This document shows, in pieces, positions 18,494 through 28,638 of a stretch of 64,000 nt of DNA; position 1 is the stretch's first letter, and each line of letters starts with the position of its first letter. Both the position numbers and the translations under genes were made by a program. Under the pieces are notes generated by a model. It was not told where the DNA came from. It was given only the letters and a program-made list of their open reading frames with translations, and did not search any database. The DNA is from a virus: IMG/VR virus record IMGVR_UViG_3300045988_087149, positions 33,102-97,101 of that record; one strand, written 5' to 3'.

Positions 18494-19072
18494 TCACTTT
18501 AATGTTTTTGTGTTAAATGCTTTTTCTATAGGCCATTTATATGCCTTTATTCTAGCTCTTAAAGTTGTATATTTTATACCTAATTCAGTTGCCCAATCAG
18601 ATAATATTTGAGATTTCCCATTGTATTCATATAATTCTTCTTCATTATATGTGATAGCTTTTGCAACATCCCAACCATATTTATTTATACGTGCCCAAGA
18701 TGTTGCTGAAGGAACTCCATAAATTTCTTCCCACTCTTTTAATGTTTTTTCTTCGCCATTATATTTATATCTTACGTTATTTCGTCTATTTCTACATTGT
18801 TCAGTCAATGTTATCCACCTACAATTAGCTGGGCAATATCCTCCATTCGTATCAATTCTATCTAATGTCAAATCATCATTATATCCAGCACTGATTGCCC
18901 AATTATAGAAATTTTCGAATGAATCCTTCCATTCCTCACACATTGTTATACCACGTTTGCCATAATATTTATAATTATCATTGCCAACGTAATAACATCT
19001 TGTCTTAACATCACTCCAAATTCGATATATTCTCGTATTTGACATATTATGAGTTTTGTGCATCTTTATCAA
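18494..19072 (-). CDS. Free-standing homing-endonuclease-like / DNA-binding protein (192 aa)
   Basis: IYRIWSDVKTRC ... YYGKRGITMCEEW ... LTLDRIDTNGGYCPANCRWIT ... QCRNRRNN block, usually annotated HNH/AP2-like in phages. Two C-terminal TLxEW...G repeats (helix-turn-helix-like). Confidence 0.5.
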   Translation of the reverse strand: MIKMHKTHNMSNTRIYRIWSDVKTRCYYVGNDNYKYYGKRGITMCEEWKDSFENFYNWAISAGYNDDLTLDRIDTNGGYCPANCRWITLTEQCRNRRNNVRYKYNGEEKTLKEWEEIYGVPSATSWARINKYGWDVAKAITYNEEELYEYNGKSQILSDWATELGIKYTTLRARIKAYKWPIEKAFNTKTLK

Positions 19073-19165
19073 TCTCCCTATATAAGATTTATTTAGAGTA
19101 GAGGGTTGATATAGGCAACCCCCTCAAACTAAGCCAGTTTGCAACCCAGCTTTGACCTCTATTAT

Positions 19166-19194
19166 ATTATATCACATTACCATATATTTGTCAA
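19166..19194 (-). promoter_or_regulatory. Sigma70-type promoter, TTGACA-17-TATAAT with TG extended -10
   Basis: Reverse complement reads cTTGACAaatatatggtaatgtgaTATAAT. Confidence 0.65.
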
Positions 19195-19203
19195 GTATTA
19201 TTT

Positions 19204-19833
19204 TTAATAATCCTTCAATGCGTCAATTACCAACATCACATCGTTTGGAATTTCGTCTGTATCAAACGCACCCTTTGGTGTTTTTGCAGTAGAATTTTTT
19301 GCACGTGTTTCAAACACATATTTACCATCTTCAGCCTTTGCAAGTAGTACAGTAGTCATCTTGCTTTCAAGACAAATCTTATTGAGCTTGCGCCCATTGG
19401 TGAGCATACAAGTAAAGCCATCATCACTGGTCTGAGTATGACCAATAAGAATCACAGTCAAATCATCTCGCATCTTATTCGCATAATCCACAATATTATA
19501 GACACTTGTTGCAAGATCAAGCCACTTGTCATAACCCTTATCCTTACTACGTCTAAACTCATCTGCTACCATGCAGCCATTTAGCGTGTCAATTACAAGA
19601 TACTTAATCTGCTTCTGCTTATCATTGATTTGCTGCATCAGACTATAAATGGAATTAGGGTCATCACAGACAAAATAATTCTTATTTGCTTTATTGTACT
19701 GATTTCGCCATCCCTTCCAGCTTAGTCCCTTACCATCTGCATCAATGTAGAATGTCAACTTTGGGTCAAGATGCTCTAAGCTAGTTGTCTTACCAGAACC
19801 GCTTGGCCCAATAATCATAATTGCTTTACTCAT
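19204..19833 (-). CDS. Sak4-like / AAA_24-type RecA-fold ATPase (209 aa)
   Basis: Walker A IIGPSGSGKTTS and Walker B-like YLVIDTLNG. Size and position fit a phage recombination ATPase. Confidence 0.7.
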   Translation of the reverse strand: MSKAIMIIGPSGSGKTTSLEHLDPKLTFYIDADGKGLSWKGWRNQYNKANKNYFVCDDPNSIYSLMQQINDKQKQIKYLVIDTLNGCMVADEFRRSKDKGYDKWLDLATSVYNIVDYANKMRDDLTVILIGHTQTSDDGFTCMLTNGRKLNKICLESKMTTVLLAKAEDGKYVFETRAKNSTAKTPKGAFDTDEIPNDVMLVIDALKDY

Positions 19834-19857
19834 TTACTTACTTAATCCTCCTTAATC

Positions 19858-20190
19858 TCATTCAATTTCTTTCAGCCAAAAATCACGCTTACATTTATCA
19901 CAATTTCTTTCGCTTCTGACACACTCTGCAACAGCCTTTGTGTCTGCTTGAGATGGGCAGATGACAAGAGTACCATTATACCCAACAGACGCATTAGGAA
20001 ACATCTTCAAAAATTCACTCTGTCTTGTTTTGACAGGATGTTCTTTTGCCCATTGCTCTACAATGGGAACCATCTGTGATATTTTTATAAGAGATGCACA
20101 CCCCATAACTTTATTTGCGAGACATTTATCACAGCTGCCATAATAACTACACATTCTTTCACGTTGCTTTACATATTCAACAGCATCCAT
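19858..20190 (-). CDS. Cys-rich hypothetical protein (110 aa)
   Basis: ORF track. CSYYGSCDKC ... CDKC. Confidence 0.5.
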   Translation of the reverse strand: MDAVEYVKQRERMCSYYGSCDKCLANKVMGCASLIKISQMVPIVEQWAKEHPVKTRQSEFLKMFPNASVGYNGTLVICPSQADTKAVAECVRSERNCDKCKRDFWLKEIE

Positions 20191-20193
20191 TAT

Positions 20194-20406
20194 TTACACC
20201 TCCTTGGGATTACCAAATATTCCACAACAAAAATCTTCATAATCTTTTACAACAGCATCCGCCACATCATTCCAAAATTTGATAAGATATTCAGATGATT
20301 CATTTGGGAAATACAATAGCAGCGTATTTACAACATTATTCCCAGCTGTGAGCCTACCTTGAATCCCATCGAGCAATTTTTCTCGTTTTACTCCAACTTC
20401 TTCCAT
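20194..20406 (-). CDS. Hypothetical protein (about 70 aa from the internal ATG; the track start is 20445)
   Basis: ORF track. I prefer the ATG at 20406 (MEEVGVK...) because it minimises overlap with the Pol III alpha stop. Confidence 0.4.
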   Translation of the reverse strand: MEEVGVKREKLLDGIQGRLTAGNNVVNTLLLYFPNESSEYLIKFWNDVADAVVKDYEDFCCGIFGNPKEV

Positions 20407-23400
20407 ACTTTCATCTCCTGATACGTTTCTGATAATGTTACCCATTCACCATTTTCATCCTTCTTCATTTTATTTTTTTCTTGCAATACCACCCTTGCTA
20501 CATCACCTTTTGATAATTGATGATTCGTCCAGAATTTCTTATTGACTCTATATGTGCGTTCTGCGCCATAACATAGGTTATATAGTGTACAATAAACCGT
20601 ACCATATCCTGTTGTCTTTACATCTAGCACTAGCCAATCATTAGGGTCTGAATTTGGGTCATTTACCGTACAATATCCTAGATACTCAAGCTGCCATTTA
20701 ATGCGATCAACAATAGTAGCTGGCTTAATATTAGCTTGCTTAATTAAAGCCGTTATCAATGCTTTATTGTCAATCTCTCTAAATTGCTTCTCGGTTTCTT
20801 TACCACAACACGGCCTAATTGCATCTATCATTATATCATCAAATGATGATTTTGTCAATACCTTTGCTGAAATATATTTTTGATAAATCTCATATTCAGT
20901 AATGAGCCGATTTGGTTGAGCAAATTTATCAAAATATCCAAGGCAAAATAGGATTTCAATGGCTTTCTTGTTGATTCTAGGGTCGTCCATAAGTGCTTGG
21001 TATAGAGCAGCGCGATTCTTTATATCAGACTTTCCAAGCTCATATAGTGCCTCTGGTGCGCTCTTAGGCATATCCTTGATAGATGCCATAGTCTGTACAA
21101 TACAGTTGTTAGCACGGTCTATATTGAACGCTCTGTTGTCATCTCCAAATTGAATATCCTTGAGCTTATAGCCGCGCTTTAACATTTCCTGCTTAATGAG
21201 CGCAACCTTATCTTTTTCGCCCTTATCGGTAAATCGCTGGAGTACGCACTTATAAAATTCAAGTGGATAATGCGCCTTGAGATAAGCAATCGTTACACTA
21301 TCAATAGCCATACAATAAGCATGGGCTGAATTGAAGCCATATGCGGCGCTATTCTCAATGATTGTCCATACCTTATCAGCAAGCTCATGTGCCTTGTTAT
21401 CATCATCCGTCTCGCCCGTATCAAGAATAGCTTGAGCAAAATTCTTGATAAATTTAGGCTTTGCGTCTTTGATGATATAATCCTTTTTCTTGCTGATTGC
21501 CTTGATAATAGTATATGTTTCAGACATAGGGAAGCCAGCAAAGCCAAGGACTTTCATTAGAGATTCCTGATATAGAATGAATGACGATGAACAGTATTCG
21601 TCTTGAAGCAAGTCATCAAGCGCCTTGATGCCATAATCAAAATGCTGCCGTTGCTCAAATGTCTGATACATAGATTGGAAAGACGGCCTGATTGCAGCTA
21701 TGAACTGGGTCAACTCAGCAATATTCTTTGGCTTATATCGCATTACTTTTTGAGTTGACTTTGGCTGTTCACACTGATTGACGCATTGTGTATAACCATC
21801 GGCGTAAATCTGCCATGTTGCATCATCATGTGCAATTTTTTCAAGAAGCTGGTTGACAGTGAACGGCTCGATTCCAGCCTCTTTATAAATATCATATGTC
21901 AAGCCGATTGAATCAACAATAAGATAATCTTGCTTGAGATAGCCAAAAGCATCAATCGTGCCTGATTCGATATTAGCTACAAGCACCTCTTTACCGGTTG
22001 CTTCGGATTTGCACAGGCTGATGCCAATATCAGATTCAATGTCTCCCTCATAGCATAAGCATCCACAGGGATGACCCTTTGCAGTATCATAAATGCCTAG
22101 ATATTTCTTACATCCATCTACAAGCTCTTGATATTTCGGCTCGATATATTTATGAATATCAACCGTTTCACCATCTTCAGCGTGTTTCTTGGCTGTTTCA
22201 TAGCGGTCAATCTGCTTACTTACTTCATTGGCTGTATCAGGCTTGACATTATATGCTCTTGCATACATCTTCCATGCGGCCTTGAATTTAAGTGTACCAA
22301 GAGCCAATAGGTCATATGTACCAAGTTCGCCTACTAGGTCGCGCTGTGCTTGAATGAATGGCTGACGGTCACTGACGTTGTTATCAATATCAGGCGGCGT
22401 ATGGCTATCTAAGACGCGCTCTTTAGTCAAAAATCGTTCTGAATACATAAGGACGGTGCTATTGACCTTATCAACCTTAGTAAGCCTCAAGAGCTTATTG
22501 AGATACATAGAGACAGCAGAGCCACGCCCTGATGGGGTCAAGATACCGCCATATTTCTCTTGTCCGCGCTTCATTACCATATATGACAAGATGAAATAAT
22601 CCGCCATATTACAAGCCTCTATCTCACCTATATCATGCTTGATCTCTTGATAATACTGTTGCAGTTTATCCTTGTTAATATCGGCTTTTTGCAAGAACCA
22701 TTCATCTTTAAGAATCTGCTCAAAGATATGATTACGTTCTTCTTGTGTCTTATTACGCAGCTCTTTTATAACAGGCACTTTCAATGAGCGGTCGAGCTTT
22801 ATGTCCTCAAATTCAAACAGCACATTGGTATTATTGATAGCGGCTTTAATCTGACTGTCTGTCAATACGCCTTGTTGCTTAAATCGCTCAAATAGCACAT
22901 CATATGTTGGATAGTCCATATACCATCCATCTTCATCTTCATAATGGATATTACCTGATTTGAGCAATTCATCTCTATCAAGCATTTGTGATTCAGTGAT
23001 AACATGACTATCACAACCGGCAATGATCGGTATGCCATAAAATTTAGGTAATAGCAAATGCTCATTTAATTGTTTCTGCGCTAATGTATCATGAGCTTGC
23101 ACTTCAAGATAGAAGTGCGGGAACTTATGTGCCAACTGAATAACAATATCGTCTATGTCATCGTATTTATTCCAGAAGGCGATGCAAGCCGTTGTAATCA
23201 TCACATCATCTATTGGCAACTGGTCAATCAATTCAAGGTCGATACGAGGACGCGCATAATATCCATCCTTGTTTGCAATAGATAGAATTTTATTGATTGC
23301 TTTACGTCCTTTATCAGTTCGCGCTAATAACACAATATGACAGTTGCTTCTATCAGATTCATGTCGGTCTTTTACCCAGTATGCTTCAGCGCCATATATC

Positions 23401-23630
23401 CATCTAATATTTGTGCCGTTCTTCTTATTAAATTTTTCTAGGTCATCATATTGTTTGAAATAATTACCAGCCCATCCATGCTCTACTGTAGTATAGATAC
23501 ACGGTTTATCACCATATCGTGCTTTTAGCTCATTCCAATAATCTATTGGCAAAAGCGGGCTGTCTTTTAACCATTTATTACTTAGAGATGTATGCTTATG
23601 GTAATTTACCCAAATTGGTTCATTCATCAC
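20388..23630 (-). CDS. dnaE: DNA polymerase III alpha subunit, DnaE-like (1080 aa)
   Basis: N-terminal PHP domain (VNYHKHTSLSNKW ... CDSHV). Size and overall layout fit a C-family replicative polymerase. Confidence 0.8.
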   Translation of the reverse strand: MMNEPIWVNYHKHTSLSNKWLKDSPLLPIDYWNELKARYGDKPCIYTTVEHGWAGNYFKQYDDLEKFNKKNGTNIRWIYGAEAYWVKDRHESDRSNCHIVLLARTDKGRKAINKILSIANKDGYYARPRIDLELIDQLPIDDVMITTACIAFWNKYDDIDDIVIQLAHKFPHFYLEVQAHDTLAQKQLNEHLLLPKFYGIPIIAGCDSHVITESQMLDRDELLKSGNIHYEDEDGWYMDYPTYDVLFERFKQQGVLTDSQIKAAINNTNVLFEFEDIKLDRSLKVPVIKELRNKTQEERNHIFEQILKDEWFLQKADINKDKLQQYYQEIKHDIGEIEACNMADYFILSYMVMKRGQEKYGGILTPSGRGSAVSMYLNKLLRLTKVDKVNSTVLMYSERFLTKERVLDSHTPPDIDNNVSDRQPFIQAQRDLVGELGTYDLLALGTLKFKAAWKMYARAYNVKPDTANEVSKQIDRYETAKKHAEDGETVDIHKYIEPKYQELVDGCKKYLGIYDTAKGHPCGCLCYEGDIESDIGISLCKSEATGKEVLVANIESGTIDAFGYLKQDYLIVDSIGLTYDIYKEAGIEPFTVNQLLEKIAHDDATWQIYADGYTQCVNQCEQPKSTQKVMRYKPKNIAELTQFIAAIRPSFQSMYQTFEQRQHFDYGIKALDDLLQDEYCSSSFILYQESLMKVLGFAGFPMSETYTIIKAISKKKDYIIKDAKPKFIKNFAQAILDTGETDDDNKAHELADKVWTIIENSAAYGFNSAHAYCMAIDSVTIAYLKAHYPLEFYKCVLQRFTDKGEKDKVALIKQEMLKRGYKLKDIQFGDDNRAFNIDRANNCIVQTMASIKDMPKSAPEALYELGKSDIKNRAALYQALMDDPRINKKAIEILFCLGYFDKFAQPNRLITEYEIYQKYISAKVLTKSSFDDIMIDAIRPCCGKETEKQFREIDNKALITALIKQANIKPATIVDRIKWQLEYLGYCTVNDPNSDPNDWLVLDVKTTGYGTVYCTLYNLCYGAERTYRVNKKFWTNHQLSKGDVARVVLQEKNKMKKDENGEWVTLSETYQEMKVWKKLE

Positions 23631-23965
23631 TTCATCAACTCAAATACATCTTCTTTTTCTTCATACTGAACAATCTGTCCAAGATAATATTCAACCTCAT
23701 CATTACAAGTATCAAGCCAGCATACAATGATTTTACCTGTATCATTGGATTCTTCGCGGCTTGTCATGGTAATAATATATTCTCCATAATCTCTGTGGTG
23801 TACTTCAAGCCGCATTTTTCCTCCAAATAGCATATCATCAGCAGAGCCTCTAATAGCATCCATTGTTGGAATCTTACTCTTAATCTCAACCTGAAATACA
23901 CCGGCTTCATTCTTGAACTTGATGATGTCTCTAATTTTGTATTCCATCTTTTTATTACTCCTCAT
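23627..23965 (-). CDS. Hypothetical protein (112 aa)
   Basis: ORF track. 4-nt overlap with dnaE. Confidence 0.5.
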   Translation of the reverse strand: MRSNKKMEYKIRDIIKFKNEAGVFQVEIKSKIPTMDAIRGSADDMLFGGKMRLEVHHRDYGEYIITMTSREESNDTGKIIVCWLDTCNDEVEYYLGQIVQYEEKEDVFELMK

Positions 23966-24500
23966 ATTTCTTTTTTAATCTATCAAGTTCCGCTAATTCC
24001 TTCTGTTTTAACGTTTCTGCTTTTCTCGCAGCTTCTCTTGCTCTTTGTGGCGCAGCAAGCATCCAATTAAATTCTTTCTGTGCGTTTTTGGCTGTTTCGC
24101 GCATCTCAAGGTACTGATATAACAAATCTTGGGCAATTTTTTCTGCCTTCTTACGATCAAATCTGTCCTGATTTACCGTTACTTTAATCCATTGCCACCA
24201 ACCACCACAATCAATGTAGTTTGACTGGACATCTCCAGAATATACAGAATATCTATCAGGCTCATTCATCATGTCCCACGAGCCATTGTTATACCTGAAC
24301 ATGACTTCATGGCTGTATAGAGGATGAACATCCGAGACGTCATCTTTTCCGTCAAAACAATTTACAGGTAAAACATATGGTTCATAGTGTTTATCTTTTT
24401 TTAAGATGCACCATTTTTCTGCCTCGTCCTTATTCGTGAAATAACCTAAAATATCCCAATCACTATAATATCCTTGAACTACCAAATAAATTTCGGGCAT
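23955..24500 (-). CDS. Hypothetical protein (181 aa)
   Basis: ORF track. Confidence 0.5.
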   Translation of the reverse strand: MPEIYLVVQGYYSDWDILGYFTNKDEAEKWCILKKDKHYEPYVLPVNCFDGKDDVSDVHPLYSHEVMFRYNNGSWDMMNEPDRYSVYSGDVQSNYIDCGGWWQWIKVTVNQDRFDRKKAEKIAQDLLYQYLEMRETAKNAQKEFNWMLAAPQRAREAARKAETLKQKELAELDRLKKKYEE

Positions 24501-24515
24501 ATTTTTTATTCCTCC

Positions 24516-24776
24516 TTATTCTACTTCCGTACACATCCCAATACATTGTGGTGTTTCATTATATGTTTTGCCATCAAATGTATCGGTGCAAATATAATAC
24601 GTCGGACACCATCCAATACGATTATCATCACATAGATATTTGATACTTAAATCGAATTTATGAATACCCCATTCTCTTGCGACATACTCAAACACGTCTG
24701 TCAATGAATCAAATTCGCGACATTCTTTCATTGATTCTTTAAGTGTGCCTCTATGTGGTCGATATTTCCAAGGCAT
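24516..24776 (-). CDS. Hypothetical protein (86 aa)
   Basis: ORF track. AGGAGGAATAAAAAA upstream. Confidence 0.5.
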   Translation of the reverse strand: MPWKYRPHRGTLKESMKECREFDSLTDVFEYVAREWGIHKFDLSIKYLCDDNRIGWCPTYYICTDTFDGKTYNETPQCIGMCTEVE

Positions 24777-24791
24777 CTTTTTTATTCCTCC

Positions 24792-25433
24792 TTATTTATG
24801 ATACACCGGACATACACACCCATCACCATTTTCAGCCTTCAAATAAATGGGGCTGATTCTATTTGCTGCATACGCCTTACAATCAGGCAGACATTCCATA
24901 GCATTAAGTAGATACTGCGGATTGACCCAAAAATCCAATTCATCATCAAGCAGGTAATCTTCTACTTTCTTAGGATTATTCTTTTCCTTGATTTTATGCG
25001 TCTTGATATAGACCTTTAATTTGTCAATATCAGGCAGGGTAATTTCCTTAGAGTCGTATATTGGTCTAACAATCTGCTCGAGCTGCATTTCCTGTCCATG
25101 CCATTTTTCATCAATCTCAGGCAGAAGCAACTTTTTATTGAATCTAATAGCTACAAAGCCATCACATACACAATACAGCGTTGAGCCATCTTTTGTCTGA
25201 TTGGTAAACATGCCAATCAACACCTCTTTACCAGTGGATTCAGCGTTCTTGATAATGCGATTCGCCGCAGTCATAATCGACTTAGTACCGGATTTCTTTG
25301 ACTGCTCAACAAGCATATCGGCTTCAAGTTGCTTCAGTGTGGTATCCATATCCTTAGCAACTAAATACAGTCCGGCAGTATCGCATGAATCGCGCCATCC
25401 TTTGATAATATCGTACAGTTTTTCAGTAGTCAT
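24792..25433 (-). CDS. Hypothetical protein (213 aa)
   Basis: ORF track. Confidence 0.5.
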   Translation of the reverse strand: MTTEKLYDIIKGWRDSCDTAGLYLVAKDMDTTLKQLEADMLVEQSKKSGTKSIMTAANRIIKNAESTGKEVLIGMFTNQTKDGSTLYCVCDGFVAIRFNKKLLLPEIDEKWHGQEMQLEQIVRPIYDSKEITLPDIDKLKVYIKTHKIKEKNNPKKVEDYLLDDELDFWVNPQYLLNAMECLPDCKAYAANRISPIYLKAENGDGCVCPVYHK

Positions 25434-25435
25434 AA

Positions 25436-25621
25436 TTACTTGCCTTTCACCTTTTTGTCAGTTCTAAAATCTACTGCTCTATTATTAGGGTCAAAATCCT
25501 GTGATGGTTTAGGCATGATTTCATCTATTATATCATTAAACCATTTATAGCTATGCAATCTGTTCCATAAATCTTCAAATTGTTCTTCTGTAAGAATTGG
25601 TAGTTTGAATTTTTCATCCAT
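25436..25621 (-). CDS. Hypothetical protein (61 aa)
   Basis: ORF track. Confidence 0.45.
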   Translation of the reverse strand: MDEKFKLPILTEEQFEDLWNRLHSYKWFNDIIDEIMPKPSQDFDPNNRAVDFRTDKKVKGK

Positions 25622-25627
25622 AATTAT

Positions 25628-25933
25628 TTACTCTCTATAATCATCATAAATTTCAAGCACACAATGCTTCTCGTCTCTCCACTTTCTTGGTGGAGCAATT
25701 ATAACTTCATGTCCAGTTTCATCAATCAATTCTTTTAGTTTAGCCATAGATGAAATATCAATATATGTAATATCCCATTCGCTATTATTGATCTTATTCC
25801 GTACTCGGGTCATATACATCTTATACTTTTCATCCCCAAGACAAGGATACTTTGTAATTGCCCCAGCATAAGATGGATAACCAATCGATGTGATGTTTAA
25901 ACAAAATTTCATAACAACAACCGCCCCTTTCAT
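25628..25933 (-). CDS. Hypothetical protein (101 aa)
   Basis: ORF track. First gene after the promoter at 25945-25973. Confidence 0.5.
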   Translation of the reverse strand: MKGAVVVMKFCLNITSIGYPSYAGAITKYPCLGDEKYKMYMTRVRNKINNSEWDITYIDISSMAKLKELIDETGHEVIIAPPRKWRDEKHCVLEIYDDYRE

Positions 25934-25944
25934 TTGATACTTGG

Positions 25945-25973
25945 ATTATATCATAGATTGGAGCGGTTGTCAA
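25945..25973 (-). promoter_or_regulatory. Sigma70-type promoter, TTGACA-17-TATAAT with TG extended -10
   Basis: Reverse complement reads cTTGACAaccgctccaatctatgaTATAAT. Confidence 0.65.
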
Positions 25974-25983
25974 GATGGTTTAT

Positions 25984-26175
25984 TTAATTTTTCTTTTTTT
26001 CTGGTTCTGTTTTATTGATAGTCCAATATCGTTGGTTTAATATCGGTTCTGTAGTTGTTGTTCCTCTTAAAGAATAGCAATGATAACAATCGCCATCACA
26101 ATAAGCCCATCCTTCTCCGCATTTTCTCATCTGTATATCCATCAGAACCATACCTTCTGATCTTGCTGAGTACAT
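25984..26175 (-). CDS. Cys-rich hypothetical protein (63 aa)
   Basis: ORF track. CGEGWAYCDGDCYHC. Confidence 0.4.
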   Translation of the reverse strand: MYSARSEGMVLMDIQMRKCGEGWAYCDGDCYHCYSLRGTTTTEPILNQRYWTINKTEPEKKKN

Positions 26176-27557
26176 ATAACCCTGCTTGATTTACCTTTTT
26201 TGATTAGATCGTCTTGTAGGGTATTGACAAATTCTACTTTGCTTGAAAATTCACTATGTACTAAGCACAATTTATCATAATTTATATTCTGATAATATTT
26301 CATTAGTTGGTTATAATTAGCATGAGATGAAAATGTATTTAAGCAATATATCTGAGCATTGTTCTGAATCAGCTCACCATCCAGCATGATTTCTTTTGCG
26401 CCATGCTTAATTTCATATGCAAGCGTATTAGGGCTAGCATATCCAGAGAATAGCACAGCATTGCGGCTATTAGGCAGGATGTATTTGAGATGCGCTAAAG
26501 CCCGTCCGGCATTAAGCATACCGCTACTAGCCACTATGATGGCTTGTTCATTTGATTGCTGAATAGCTTGGCTTTCTTCCCATGATTCAATTAGCCGCAA
26601 GTTGAGCTTATCTTCATAATCTAACTGATCTGACCATGCTCTATATATGCGGCAAGCAAGTGGCGAATCAAGATAAACAGGAATCATCTGCCCGTCAATC
26701 TTGTGCTCTGTGGCTCGTGTACGCCATAGAACATCAAGAATATCCTCTACACGCTGTAAGCTAAAAGTTGGCATCAATATGCGATTATATTGGAATATAG
26801 CCGCATTGATAATCTGCTCATCATACCAGCGGTCTTTCTTCATGCTATAACATCTAGTCGGGTCACTATATGTACATTCACCAACCACCACGTTACATCT
26901 TGGCAATGGCTCGATTGGTGGTACAGATACGCTCTTAGCCTCTGTATTGAAATCACCTGTAAAGCCAATTCGCTTGATACTATAACCCTGTTTGATTTCC
27001 AACACAGCTTGAGCTGAATGGATGATATGACCGGCATGATAATATGTCAACTTTGCACCGCCTACAATGGTCGTAGGAACGCCAAACGGCACTTCAACAA
27101 GCCATTGCATTACCTTATCAATATCGGCCTCAGTAGCCAATGGCGGCGCTTTGATACCATGCTTATTCTGCATCTTTAGGCTATCCTGCGCCATAATTTT
27201 AATGCAATCATCCATCATTATCTTGAAGATAGGGATTGAGCCTTGAGGGATATAGATATAGGCTTGCATACCCATAGCAACAGCAGCAAGTAACCCAAGA
27301 CAATGATCGGTGTGTAGGTGGGTAATGACAACACCATGTACCGTCTTTGGCTTGATTTTCTTCATCTGGTCACGATTGGCGCGATAATCAGCCACTAGAT
27401 TATTAGTCTGAATTAGACCCATATCAACCGCTAATTTGATATTGTCGAATCGAACAATCGTACATGAACCAGTTACAGATGCGGCATTACCACCAATAAA
27501 ATGCAAATATGGCTTGGATGTACCAGATGATTTAGCTGGCATTAGTAGCCTCCTCAT
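26142..27557 (-). CDS. Metallo-beta-lactamase / beta-CASP family nuclease (471 aa)
   Basis: HxHxDH motif in VVITHLHTDHCLGL. Size and later His/Asp blocks fit an RNase J / CPSF-type nuclease. Confidence 0.7.
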   Translation of the reverse strand: MRRLLMPAKSSGTSKPYLHFIGGNAASVTGSCTIVRFDNIKLAVDMGLIQTNNLVADYRANRDQMKKIKPKTVHGVVITHLHTDHCLGLLAAVAMGMQAYIYIPQGSIPIFKIMMDDCIKIMAQDSLKMQNKHGIKAPPLATEADIDKVMQWLVEVPFGVPTTIVGGAKLTYYHAGHIIHSAQAVLEIKQGYSIKRIGFTGDFNTEAKSVSVPPIEPLPRCNVVVGECTYSDPTRCYSMKKDRWYDEQIINAAIFQYNRILMPTFSLQRVEDILDVLWRTRATEHKIDGQMIPVYLDSPLACRIYRAWSDQLDYEDKLNLRLIESWEESQAIQQSNEQAIIVASSGMLNAGRALAHLKYILPNSRNAVLFSGYASPNTLAYEIKHGAKEIMLDGELIQNNAQIYCLNTFSSHANYNQLMKYYQNINYDKLCLVHSEFSSKVEFVNTLQDDLIKKGKSSRVICTQQDQKVWF

Positions 27558-27855
27558 CCTTTTTACCAGTTTGCATATACGCCCATGCTACTACATCATC
27601 CCAATCACCCAGATTATCGAGATAATATGAGCTATATCCATCATATCCATCATCTAGCATACAAGTATCTTGCGATACATCACCACTTTTACCCAATACT
27701 AGAATCTCTCTATTCTCATCTGGCAATTCACAGCTAAACATATAAAGAGGATATTCATATTCGGCCAAACCATCTTCAGCAAATCCTTCAATTTCTTCCT
27801 CAGTAGGTGGTCTAATCACAACCTTATGCCATACAATTTTTTCAATCCATTCCAT
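27532..27855 (-). CDS. Hypothetical protein, DUF551-like (107 aa)
   Basis: ORF track. MEWIEKIVWHKVVIRPPTEEE ... ILVLGKSG pattern (weak). Confidence 0.45.
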   Translation of the reverse strand: MEWIEKIVWHKVVIRPPTEEEIEGFAEDGLAEYEYPLYMFSCELPDENREILVLGKSGDVSQDTCMLDDGYDGYSSYYLDNLGDWDDVVAWAYMQTGKKDEEATNAS

Positions 27856-28052
27856 TAAGCCGACTCATCATCCTTCCTCATCTTTAGTACATTTCTCAGC
27901 ACACAATCCATACAATTCAAATCTGCACCATTCCACATTTTATCTCTCTGTGCTGTCATGCGGGGGTCAATTTTTACATATTTATCACAATCAGATTGAT
28001 AATCACAGCGATTACAAGGAATTTCCCAGACATGGGATGGGCGTTTACTCAT
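27855..28052 (-). CDS. Cys-rich hypothetical protein (65 aa from the ATG at 28052)
   Basis: The track ORF extends to 28163, but GAGGAGGA precedes the ATG at 28052 (MSKRPSHVWEIPCNRCDYQSDC...). The longer version overlaps the upstream membrane-protein ORF. Confidence 0.45.
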   Translation of the reverse strand: MSKRPSHVWEIPCNRCDYQSDCDKYVKIDPRMTAQRDKMWNGADLNCMDCVLRNVLKMRKDDESA

Positions 28053-28311
28053 AATCATCCTCCTCATATTCAGGCTCAGACGGTAAGCTAAACACAATAG
28101 CTTGAGTAATAGCAGGGCTAGGTGCAATCTTTTCAGCGGCGGCTTCATGCTCTGCTTTGTCAAGCTCTAGCTCCATCGATATCCGATTAATTTTGACGTT
28201 GATAACTGACTGTACTAAATCCACAATCGAGCCGCACAGAGGCAACAGTGAGCTTACAAACAGGACTGCGCCTCCTGCAATCCATAGCGGTGTTAGACGG
28301 TCTTTATTCAT
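28045..28311 (-). CDS. Small membrane protein (88 aa)
   Basis: ORF track. Hydrophobic helix LWIAGGAVLFVSSLLPLCGSIV and an acidic tail. Confidence 0.45.
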   Translation of the reverse strand: MNKDRLTPLWIAGGAVLFVSSLLPLCGSIVDLVQSVINVKINRISMELELDKAEHEAAAEKIAPSPAITQAIVFSLPSEPEYEEDDYE

Positions 28312-28383
28312 AGGCGATTATCCTTTACTTCATAAAATAATACAAGAATCCATAGAATGAGAAAGATGAATAGAATCAAACCA

Positions 28384-28638
28384 TCATCCATTATCAGCCT
28401 CATTCTCATTGTCTACTGGTGTAGACAATGCTTTCATTCTGTCCATTCTATTATCAGCCTCGCCAACCTTGGCTTTGATTAGGTCTTTAATCGCCTTAGC
28501 CGAGGTTAGAGGTGCAATCTGCTTACTAATTTCATAAATGCAAGCATCCCATCCTGTCATTAGGCCGCGATTGAAATGCTCTTTCAACTTTCCTTCAATA
28601 CTCTCAGCGATAATTTCTTTCAGCTTATCGTCAGACAT
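28384..28638 (-). CDS. Hypothetical protein (84 aa)
   Basis: ORF track. Confidence 0.5.
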   Translation of the reverse strand: MSDDKLKEIIAESIEGKLKEHFNRGLMTGWDACIYEISKQIAPLTSAKAIKDLIKAKVGEADNRMDRMKALSTPVDNENEADNG

